From the NCBI GenBank assembly GCA_965369655.1, contig CBDUQR010000017.1:1-53614 (forward strand): a stretch of DNA of 53,614 bases, in the 5' to 3' direction. A program made the position numbers and the translations under genes. Source of the DNA: an uncultured bacterium. GTDB lineage: Bacteria; Zixibacteria; MSB-5A5; JAABVY01; JAHJOQ01. Below the pieces are notes generated by a model, which saw nothing but the letters and a program-made list of their open reading frames with translations, had not been told where the DNA came from and made no database searches. The number at the start of each line of letters is the position of its first letter. Position 1 is the first letter of the stretch. This document shows, piece by piece, positions 37,014 to 45,620 of the stretch.

Positions 37014-37568
37014 CTACTGTAGAACGGATATCTCTCCCTCGATAAACTCGGGAACTATCTCTTCGAGCGGATTGCCATATAAATATCTCAGTCGATATGG
37101 TCCTGGGCCACCCTCATCGATCGTCAGGCTATCGATCTCCAGGACCTGCCCGCGAGATTCCGGCTGTAGGCTGAAGTAGAGACTTGCGAACAGACCTTCG
37201 CCTGAATCAATGGGTGTCACCCCATCATAGGACGCCGATATCACAACCGCCTGTCGTGGCCCCATGATTCTGTCGAATGTGAATGCTTCCTCAGAGAATC
37301 TGCTTGACCTGAATGATGCCGAGTCAATCGTGAAACCGCTACCGGAGACCGCAAGCGGGACTTCAACTCCCGTCAGGGGAATGATATTTGCGAACCAGAC
37401 ATCGACTTTGACATCCGAGTCGGTCGACATTGCGGTCACGGCATCAACCCAGACACGATTGACATTGACGCCACTCGGCGGGGTCACTCCATCATCATCG
37501 TCGCTACAGCCATACGCAATCACGAGCAACGCGACGGAGAACACTGCGAGTCCTCTTGATATTTTCAC
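37014..37568 (-). CDS. Lipoprotein with cohesin-like domain (paralog of 36409)
   Basis: Lipobox AYGC; VWVDAV, IDSASFRSS, SGEGLFASLYFSL, PEFIEGEI. Confidence 0.78.
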   Translation of the reverse strand: MKISRGLAVFSVALLVIAYGCSDDDDGVTPPSGVNVNRVWVDAVTAMSTDSDVKVDVWFANIIPLTGVEVPLAVSGSGFTIDSASFRSSRFSEEAFTFDRIMGPRQAVVISASYDGVTPIDSGEGLFASLYFSLQPESRGQVLEIDSLTIDEGGPGPYRLRYLYGNPLEEIVPEFIEGEISVLQ

Positions 37569-37595
37569 AATTCCCTCGGCTTCGGTTCACCGGCA

Positions 37596-39296
37596 TCAAT
37601 CGAACAGCGGCGGTGGGAGTATTGGCGGCCGCCTCGATTCCTGCCTTGATTTCTGAATCTCAATCTTCGATATGAATATGCTTGGCGCCACCGATGAAAC
37701 GGCGATATTGCCCGACTCTGCCCCGCATGTGCCATTGAACACAGCCGGATCATCCCCGGCCGCCGCAACATTTTCGAGTATATTTAATGGAGTGCCGATC
37801 AGTTCAACGCCTCTGATCAGTTCGGTTCTTCTGTCATCAACATACATCTTGTACACAAGCAGCGGTTGGCATTTCAACGACTGAATCCCGAAACCCGATG
37901 TGTTCGTTTCGCCCGAAGTCAACACATCGAAGATCAGGCCGTATGATTTCCCCTGCGCACGGCATTCTTCGATCAGCATATCGACCAATTCGTCATAACT
38001 TTTCGGATCATTCGTACTCACGATAAGATTACCCATTCGCGAGACAGGCCGCGAAAACATGTCCGCGCGACCATGACCGTTGGAACCGGAGAATCCTTTG
38101 GCCGGAAGCCGCGACATCAGGAATCCCATCAGAATCCCGTCCTGAACAAGTTCGACTCTCTCTGCTTTGACCATCTCCTGATCGTAAACATAGTGGCCGT
38201 AGAGCGGCGTGCCGTTGAATTCCTTCATCGAGGGATCATCTATGACAGAGAGAAATTCCGGAACAACCTTCTCCCCCACCTTGCCTTTGAATGTGTGTCC
38301 CTCGTGCTCGTTGCGAAGGCGGTGTCCTTCGAGCCTGTGACCAAGCGCCTCATGGAAGAATACTCCGGCAGCCTCGTTGACGATTATGGCTGGCCCGCTA
38401 TACGGGTCCGCAGGCTCGGACTCTCGCAGAGCAAGCAGTTCATCAATCAGGTTCTGCGCACCCTGCTGTATGTCAGAGCGCGTCGGCAGGTCCGAGAGCG
38501 TCGATGCTTTCCATGTTTCGACATTGAAGACGCTCATGCCGTCGTCACATCTCGCATCGGCAGTCACTGAAACGGTGAAATAGTAGTCCGACAATTGCTG
38601 TTTAGACCCTTCCGAATTGACCATGAATTGATTTCGAAGGCTCGCACTGAAAGAGACTTTTGACGTGATTATCTCCGGATACCGTTTGAATAGCGATGAG
38701 ACGATCTTCAGCGTCTCCCGCCATTCGTCTCTGTCGAGTTCCAGAGACTTGATCGGATCGATGTGCACCGTAATCTCTTCACGAGAGAAATCATCGGGTC
38801 GGTCGGACTCCTCCACCTTGCCGATCAACTCTCCCTTCTTCTTGTTGAGCACATCGAGAGCCTGTTTATATCGCGCGTCCGTGAGAAGCCAGAGCCGCTG
38901 TCTCAGCGCATCGAAATCGTCAACTATGGGAGCGCGAACGTGACGGCGCGCAAACCTGTCATAGTAATCCGGCATCCGGAAGAATTCCGGATCGGATGGC
39001 GTGTTGTCGAACTGATAATCTCCGACATGCACATCGACGGCGATATATCGCATGTGCGCATCATCATCGTTGACCAGTGCGCCATACTCAGCGCTCATGC
39101 TCTGCCGGCGCAACTCATTCAGCGAATAACAGATATAGTACGGCCGTTCGAAATCCTCGAATTCAAGCCGTTCCATCGACCGATCGAGCTCCGCCTGCAT
39201 TGCGGACAGGAGCAGGCTCTCGTCGGCAGCAGCAGCGACGTTTATCAGAACCGATGTTAGGGCAATCAACACTACAGTCAAAGCGCATTTTCTCAT
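37596..39296 (-). CDS. TldD/PmbA-family metalloprotease with signal peptide
   Basis: FFHEALGHRLEG, SNGHGRA, SRMGNL, GTCGAESG. Confidence 0.88.
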   Translation of the reverse strand: MRKCALTVVLIALTSVLINVAAAADESLLLSAMQAELDRSMERLEFEDFERPYYICYSLNELRRQSMSAEYGALVNDDDAHMRYIAVDVHVGDYQFDNTPSDPEFFRMPDYYDRFARRHVRAPIVDDFDALRQRLWLLTDARYKQALDVLNKKKGELIGKVEESDRPDDFSREEITVHIDPIKSLELDRDEWRETLKIVSSLFKRYPEIITSKVSFSASLRNQFMVNSEGSKQQLSDYYFTVSVTADARCDDGMSVFNVETWKASTLSDLPTRSDIQQGAQNLIDELLALRESEPADPYSGPAIIVNEAAGVFFHEALGHRLEGHRLRNEHEGHTFKGKVGEKVVPEFLSVIDDPSMKEFNGTPLYGHYVYDQEMVKAERVELVQDGILMGFLMSRLPAKGFSGSNGHGRADMFSRPVSRMGNLIVSTNDPKSYDELVDMLIEECRAQGKSYGLIFDVLTSGETNTSGFGIQSLKCQPLLVYKMYVDDRRTELIRGVELIGTPLNILENVAAAGDDPAVFNGTCGAESGNIAVSSVAPSIFISKIEIQKSRQESRRPPILPPPLFD

Positions 39297-39394
39297 GTCA
39301 TTCTACTCCTCACAGCCTGTTACCGCCATAAAGTGCAATCGGTTCCCTCGTGTCAAGATGAATCGCCCGCCAACCATCTGGCGACAAACAAGAT

Positions 39395-39419
39395 GCCCGG
39401 ACAACCGAGTTGTCCGGGC
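39395..39419 (-). terminator. Rho-independent terminator
   Basis: GCCCGGACAAC-N3-GTTGTCCGGGC followed by a T-rich tail on the minus strand. Confidence 0.55.
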
Positions 39420-39465
39420 TGGAGGAGCTGCAGAAAAGAAACGGTTCAGCGTTAGCCGAAACTAA

Positions 39466-40674
39466 CTACCTGAATTCCGCTTTATCAAAATCATGCCAGT
39501 CAACTTCGACTTCATCGCCGTCTTCGGTCAGGATGATGATGCCGTTGTTGTCGGAGTCGACATCGTTCGAACCTCGCAGCACGATGTTGCGTCCTGATTT
39601 CGTCGTAACGAGCGCACCGCGACGGGATTGTTTCTCGATCGATTTGATATTATCAAACTCTATTGCCACTTCGCAATCGTCATAATCGCCGTTGAGATGC
39701 TCCCAGGTGAAGCGCTCATCATCGTCCCAGATGATCCTGCCGGTGTACTGATCGCCATCCTCAGTGTAAACGGTACCAGCAATCAGGCGTCCTCCGTCGA
39801 ACCAGTCATATCTCGGCAGTTTGTCCCTGGGAACCGGCATGAACTCGACCTGCTCGAAATCGCTCCAATCGACGCTAACTCGTCCGAGTTCCCTGCTCTT
39901 AACTCTGATGCCGCGATTCCCCGAGTTGACATCATTTGTGCCGGAGAGTTTCATCTTCTTGCCCGACTTAAGCGTGACCAGGGCCGATGACCTGGAACGC
40001 CTTTCGATTGACTGAATCTTGCCAAACTTGATCTTCCTGTTCCTTCGCTTGCCCTCGTCGCCGTCGAGGATATCGGTCGTCATTACCTCGTCGACATCCC
40101 ATTCGATCCAGCCAACATATTCATCACCGCGCCTCGTTGTCAGCTTCCCGTAAAGCCTCTCAGCGCTGCTTTCAGGTTCTGTCGGCTCTTCACTGAAATT
40201 GATCTCGTCTACATCGTCCCACTCGAAATAAACTTCGCCCTCTTCGCGGTCGAGCACTTCAAGCTCCCTGATGCTGCTCCCCACATCGGAACCGGACATC
40301 TCATATTCCTCGCCCGATTTGAGAATCACCAGAGCCTCACTCGACGACAGCGGGATGATTGTTCTGATATGCCCAAATTGCAGTTCAGATTGGCGGGCAG
40401 AACCAGAGGACCAGCTAAAACTCCAGCTCCCGTATCGTTTGTCTTTCCTGCGGTATTTCTTGCGCGCTTTATGGCTCTTACGTTCTTTGGTGGCATCGAG
40501 AATGTCATCCCAGTATGCCTCGTTCTTATCCCACCTGATCCAACCTTCGAATTGCTCGCCATCGATCGTGCGAATAGTACCGTATATTCTGCCGCTCGCT
40601 GCTGATGCGTCCTCAGGCGTAAGATAAATCAACAGCCCGAGCAACAAGAGAGAAAACAGAATCACCTTTCTCAT
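39466..40674 (-). CDS. Secreted hypothetical protein with three internal repeats
   Basis: Signal peptide; three GxxxTxxGxxyxGxIxWDxxE...L(D/N) units. Confidence 0.8.
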   Translation of the reverse strand: MRKVILFSLLLLGLLIYLTPEDASAASGRIYGTIRTIDGEQFEGWIRWDKNEAYWDDILDATKERKSHKARKKYRRKDKRYGSWSFSWSSGSARQSELQFGHIRTIIPLSSSEALVILKSGEEYEMSGSDVGSSIRELEVLDREEGEVYFEWDDVDEINFSEEPTEPESSAERLYGKLTTRRGDEYVGWIEWDVDEVMTTDILDGDEGKRRNRKIKFGKIQSIERRSRSSALVTLKSGKKMKLSGTNDVNSGNRGIRVKSRELGRVSVDWSDFEQVEFMPVPRDKLPRYDWFDGGRLIAGTVYTEDGDQYTGRIIWDDDERFTWEHLNGDYDDCEVAIEFDNIKSIEKQSRRGALVTTKSGRNIVLRGSNDVDSDNNGIIILTEDGDEVEVDWHDFDKAEFR

Positions 40675-40713
40675 ATCGATCACTCCCTGCAGTTTCTTCT
40701 CTTTGGTTCAGTT

Positions 40714-40739
40714 AACGGGATGAGATTGCGAAAGTTGCA
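40714..40739 (-). promoter_or_regulatory. Putative ECF sigma promoter
   Basis: TGCAAC-N17-GTT. Confidence 0.45.
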
Positions 40740-40882
40740 GAAGTTTCCGACATTGTGTCAGGCCCTGAGCCTGCGTACCATCGTTGCTCCAAATCAGTTG
40801 CCCTTTTCCCACTATTTTGTTAGCTTTGCAACATTGTAATGGAATCAATACATCTTCATGAAATACAGACTGTGAGGTAACG

Positions 40883-42010
40883 ATGAAAGACCCGAGGATC
40901 GAAAAGCTTGCGACAAACCTGATAGACTATTCCGTCGATCTGCAGAAAGGCGAGATCATCTACATCGAGATCAAGGGCATCGATGCGCTTGCTCTCGGCA
41001 AAGAGTGCATCAGGCAGGCTACGCTGGCGGGCGGTGTGCCGTTCTGGTACTACAATGACGAATCGCTCATGCGGCAGTATCTGGCTAATGCTACCGATGA
41101 ACAGATGAAAAAACTCGCGGACTTCCATCTAGACATGATGAAGAAAGCTTCGGCTTATCTCGGCATTCGCGGTTCGGAGAATCCGTTTGACTTAAACGAC
41201 ATGGGCGAGGAGCGGATGAAGCGGCTGAACAAGCTCTTCTACGAGCCGGTACATCTTCAGGAGCGTGTGCGCAACACCAAGTGGTGTGTGATGCGCTACC
41301 CGAATAATGCCATGTCGCAGCTTGCGCAGAAACCGCAGGAGGTATTCGAGGAGTTCTATTTCGATGTCTGCAACGTCAATTACCCAAAAATGTCTGTCGC
41401 GATGAACCCGCTTGTCGCACTTATGGATAAAACCGACAAAGTGCGTATCAAGGATGCCGACACAGACCTGACATTCTCTATCAAGGGCATCAGCGTCGTC
41501 AAGTGCGATGGCCATCGCAATATCCCCGATGGCGAGGTCTACACCGCACCGGTGCGCGATTCGATAAATGGACACATCAAGTACAACTCGCCATCGCTGC
41601 ATGAAGGGACCGTGTTTGAGGGCATTCGATTCGAGTTCGAGAACGGCAAGATCGTCAAAGCTACCGCAGACAACGATACTGATAAACTGAACAAGACACT
41701 CGACACTGACGAGAACGCGCGGTATATCGGCGAGTTTGCGATTGGCGTCAACCCGATGATTACAGAACCGATGAAGGACACGCTTTTTGACGAGAAGATC
41801 GGCGGTTCGTTCCATCTGACACCGGGATGCTGCTACGACGAAGCGCCTAACGGCAATAAGTCGGCGATCCATTGGGACCTCGTGCGCATCCAGATGCCCA
41901 AGTATGGCGGCGGTGAGATATATTTCGATGATGTTCTCATCCGCAAAGACGGCGAGTTTATGTTAGACGAATTGAAAGGACTCTTCACCGAGGAGGCGCT
42001 GAGAGGATAG
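40883..42010 (+). CDS. M29-family aminopeptidase (AmpS/AmpT type)
   Basis: MKDPRIEKLA, NIPDGEVYTAP, ARYIGEFAIG, LFDEKIGGSFH, NKSAIHWD. Confidence 0.93.
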   Translation: MKDPRIEKLATNLIDYSVDLQKGEIIYIEIKGIDALALGKECIRQATLAGGVPFWYYNDESLMRQYLANATDEQMKKLADFHLDMMKKASAYLGIRGSENPFDLNDMGEERMKRLNKLFYEPVHLQERVRNTKWCVMRYPNNAMSQLAQKPQEVFEEFYFDVCNVNYPKMSVAMNPLVALMDKTDKVRIKDADTDLTFSIKGISVVKCDGHRNIPDGEVYTAPVRDSINGHIKYNSPSLHEGTVFEGIRFEFENGKIVKATADNDTDKLNKTLDTDENARYIGEFAIGVNPMITEPMKDTLFDEKIGGSFHLTPGCCYDEAPNGNKSAIHWDLVRIQMPKYGGGEIYFDDVLIRKDGEFMLDELKGLFTEEALRG

Positions 42011-42131
42011 TGTGGTATTTGTCATTCCGGCGAAAGCCGGAATCCAGACGAGAAGTCAAGCCTTCCTTCGCCAGACTCAGGACTGAGCAAGTAGGCTTGA
42101 CCTACGAAAGCTGCAATGAAAAAGAAGGGAG

Positions 42132-42458
42132 ATGGTTATGAGTGATTTGGCATATGCTTGGGAGAAACTAAACGCGGCCGTCGATTTTATGGCCGTAATT
42201 GATGCGCCTCCTAGGAAGCGACTCGAAGAATGTTGTACAAGCATATTCATACAGCAGCAGCACGACATACCTGAAGAAATCAAAGAGAGACTTCAAATGC
42301 TGCAAGACAAACTAACTGAAGATAAGAGTGATCCGAAAACAGGACCTATTCCTACGACAATAAGGCGGATGTCGGATACCGACATATCTGAGTGTATCCA
42401 TGAGATTGTAAGCATTTATGACGCAGTTACGCGAATGAGAGGTACTTCAGATTTGTAG
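42132..42458 (+). CDS. Hypothetical protein (108 aa) flanked by inverted REPs
   Basis: GAAGGGAG RBS; lower GC than neighbours; no recognised motif. Confidence 0.7.
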   Translation: MVMSDLAYAWEKLNAAVDFMAVIDAPPRKRLEECCTSIFIQQQHDIPEEIKERLQMLQDKLTEDKSDPKTGPIPTTIRRMSDTDISECIHEIVSIYDAVTRMRGTSDL

Positions 42459-42661
42459 GTCACACTCACTCGCAGTGTCCTGATTTTGGCGAAGGGAAGT
42501 GTGAAAGTGTTTGTCATTCCGGCGAAAGGGCATGTTGAAAAAGTCTCGTTTCGAAGAAAAGCCGTCAGGACCGCCCTTCGGAAGCTCAGGGCTGATGCAG
42601 GGGTCCTGACCTACGAAGTGTCGTTTTCATGCGCGCGGGAATCAAGACTCGGAGGAAGAAA

Positions 42662-43081
42662 ATGAAAATCGGTTACATTATTGCACTTGCAGCAGCGTTT
42701 ATGATTCTGCTCATCGCGTGCGGATCATCGAACGACACTCCTGAGCAGGATACAGCCGCGCCCATGACTCAGAACGAACGCGAACTACGCACTGCGATTG
42801 CCGAGATCATCACATTCATCGAAGTCGACGACATCGATGGATTGTTCAACAAGTACGCCGCACCGGAAGACCTGAAACGGATGTACGATAATAATACGAT
42901 TGATCGTGCGATCCGGCGGTTCGTGATGTTTCAGAATGAGATGCTCGAAGCGCTCAAAGAAGCGCAGAACACTACACCAGAATTCAGCGAGGAAGGAACA
43001 AAGGCGATATTCGACGTTGTGAAAGCACCAAGCCCTCTGCACTTTAGAAAGATCGACGGCAGATGGTATTTCGCCGAATGA
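42662..43081 (+). CDS. Hypothetical lipoprotein
   Basis: GGAGG RBS; lipobox LIAC; C-terminal KIDGRWYF. Confidence 0.8.
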   Translation: MKIGYIIALAAAFMILLIACGSSNDTPEQDTAAPMTQNERELRTAIAEIITFIEVDDIDGLFNKYAAPEDLKRMYDNNTIDRAIRRFVMFQNEMLEALKEAQNTTPEFSEEGTKAIFDVVKAPSPLHFRKIDGRWYFAE

Positions 43082-43286
43082 CACAACAATTCGTCACCCC
43101 GGCGAAGGCCGGGGCCCAGGCAAGCTGATTAGAAGTATAATGGTTGACGTTTTCTAACAATGGTTCTGGATTCCTGCCTGCGCAGGAATGACGGGGATGT
43201 ACAGACAGAAGACGTCAGGACCACCCTTCGCAAAGCTCAGGACTTTGCAGGGGTCCTGACCTACGAAGACCAGAAGGAGAAACATT

Positions 43287-43715
43287 ATGAACAGATTAAG
43301 ATACGCATCACTAATTGTCGCCATTGCAATCATCGTACTCGCTGGCTGCGGAGGCGATTCCGAGCAGGAACCGACATTCGAACTAACAACGAACACGCCT
43401 GAAGCCGAGTTGATTGCTGCGATGGATGAGGCGATCAGTTTTGTCGAGAACGATAACATCAAAGGATTGTTCGAGCGGTTCTCTCCACCGGAAGATCTCC
43501 AACGCCTGAAAGACAGCAGCCAGATGGAGGGCGCGATTGCCCAGTTCAACATATTCAAGGGCGCATTCGTGGAAGCCATGATCGAATCGAAGACGATTCA
43601 GCCGGAGTTCAACGAGGACACGACACGAGCCAGCTACCATGTGATCAAAACACCGGTACCCGGCGAACATGTTGTTTTCGGCAAGATCGACGGCAAGTGG
43701 TATTTCTCCGACTGA
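43287..43715 (+). CDS. Hypothetical lipoprotein, tandem paralog of 42662
   Basis: AAGGAG RBS; lipobox LAGC; shares DxIxGLF...PEDL...PEF.E...KIDGKWYF. Confidence 0.8.
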   Translation: MNRLRYASLIVAIAIIVLAGCGGDSEQEPTFELTTNTPEAELIAAMDEAISFVENDNIKGLFERFSPPEDLQRLKDSSQMEGAIAQFNIFKGAFVEAMIESKTIQPEFNEDTTRASYHVIKTPVPGEHVVFGKIDGKWYFSD

Positions 43716-43785
43716 TCACCGGGCCGAGTTCATACAATGGATACCAATCCCATTGTACAACACCATCTGGGAAAGAAGACGCTGA

Positions 43786-45013
43786 ATGCAATATAGAAAC
43801 TACAACCCTGAGAAAGACAAGAAGGCAGCCAATCGAATATGACTGGAATGCGGCTGGATCGAAAAAGATGATTCCAAGCCGATGGATACGCTGATCGAGA
43901 AAGCGAGAACCATTGTAGCCGATGTCAATGGTGAACCGGAGTGCCTCGTTGTCAGCACACTTGGCGACATGGATTATCTCGGCGAGAGAATTCCGTTTTC
44001 ATGCATCGCGGGAGTGACTACAAGCCTTGTCGCGCGCAAGCAAAGATTGGCCGCGCGCCTTACCGCGACGAGGATCGCACTCGATACCCTCGATGGATGT
44101 CACGTATCGGGTCTCGGTATGTTCGAGCAGGGATACTACGACAAGCTCGGTTATGGTACCGAGGTGTATCATCATTACGCGATGTTCTCCCCCGCGATTC
44201 TCAATGTCGATGTGGAACCGCGCGTGCCAACACGGCTCGAAATCGATGACTTCGAGAAACTGCATGAATGTCGCCTTCATCGCTTGCGCATGCACGGATC
44301 AGTCAGCATCGATCTGCCTGAAACCACCAAAGCCGAGATGCAATGGGCGAAAGGCGGCATGGGACTTGGCTATTTCAACGACAGCGGTAAGCTGACTCAT
44401 CATCTTTGGATGAAGGGCAAGGGTAAGGAGCAGGGACCATATGAAGTCTGGTGGATGGCATATCAGAACTTCGACCAGTTCAAGGAACTGCTCGCACTTC
44501 TCAGGAGCTTCGGCGACCAGATTCACCTCGTCAAACTGGTTGAGCCTCCCGGCATCCACATCCAGGATTTCCTCACGCAGCCATTCCGATTCCGCGCTGT
44601 GACTCGCAAGTCGGAATTCGAGAACACGATGCGTGCAGCCGCGTGGCATCAGAGACGAATCTGTGACCTCGAGAAAGTGTCTCGAAAAAACACATCTGCC
44701 CGGAGATGAAGTCAGGTTCAACCTGAAGCTGAACGATCCAATCGAGAAGTATCTCGATGAAAACATCGGATGGAAGGGTATCTCGGGAGAGTATGTCGTC
44801 ACGCTCGGACCTGACTCAAATGCCGAGAAAGGCAGCGATGACTCACTGCCGACCCTGACAGCATCGGTCGGTGCGTTTACGAGGATGTGGCTTGGAGTTT
44901 TGCCCGCATCGAGTCTGACCATCAGCGATAATCTTGCAGGACCACAGGAGTTGATCGAAAAACTGGACCATTTGATCAGAGTGCCGAGACCGTCACCGCA
45001 TTGGGAATATTAG
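43786..45013 (+). pseudogene. Eis-like GNAT acetyltransferase, disrupted
   Basis: ATG 43786; in-frame TGA 43840-43842; IAGVTTS..ARKQRLA, FEQGYYDKLGYG; +1 frameshift near 44675 joins ORFs 43882-44709 and 44633-45013. Confidence 0.75.
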
Positions 45014-45035
45014 TATTGTGGGCGGCAGACCGGGA

Positions 45036-45234
45036 GAGGCTGTCCCAAAAGTGCCAATGAACTTGAGCGGGAAGCTGACTCTGTCGCTCCCGCGGAGGCG
45101 GGAGCCTATTTAACGATAACGCATTCAATATATTCCCGTGATATCCTGAGCACAGCGAAGGGCCTGCGCGGGAATGACCTCGCTTTCTTTCGCAAGCATG
45201 ATTACCTACCTTTCAGGTCTTTGGGGACAACCTC
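45036..45234 (+). mobile_element. MITE subfamily B (199 bp)
   Basis: GAGGCTGTCCCAAAAG / CTTTGGGGACAACCTC termini; inverted homolog at 52513-52711. Confidence 0.8.
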
Positions 45235-45620
45235 CACTCCGTTTCACTTCCCTTCGCAGGGCTCAGGACTTCGCGGGGTTCTGCCTTACTCAACTGTGGC
45301 AGGACCACGAATAGCAGGTTGTGAAGACCTCTTATGAACGCCACCTGGAGACAATAAACCGAGAAAAGGATACCCTCATGTAAACATTCACTTGACTTTC
45401 ATCATAGCAGACAGCCTCTACTCACTTGGTCCTCACCGGCATTTATCTGTTTGCCCTCGAATCAGACTGGGCCAACCAGATCGGAAAGGTCGTCGTGATC
45501 AGATAGCGGATGGACGCGCAGTTTGGAGTTGCCCTGCGTTCGATATGACCTTATGTTGACTTCTGATCCAAAGGCTTGTCCTGGAGCATGGAGTGCACTT
45601 TGCCGGCGAAGGGGTGTTTG

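Noticed and set aside
42018-43270. CRISPR array or integron attC cassette array
   Set aside because: Repeats are heterogeneous and irregularly spaced, with no cas or integrase gene and no consistent RYYYAAC/GTTRRRY ends.
43840-43842. In-frame TGA as a selenocysteine codon, given selABC in the window
   Set aside because: The context looks like a Trp position, no convincing SECIS hairpin follows, and the gene also has a frameshift.
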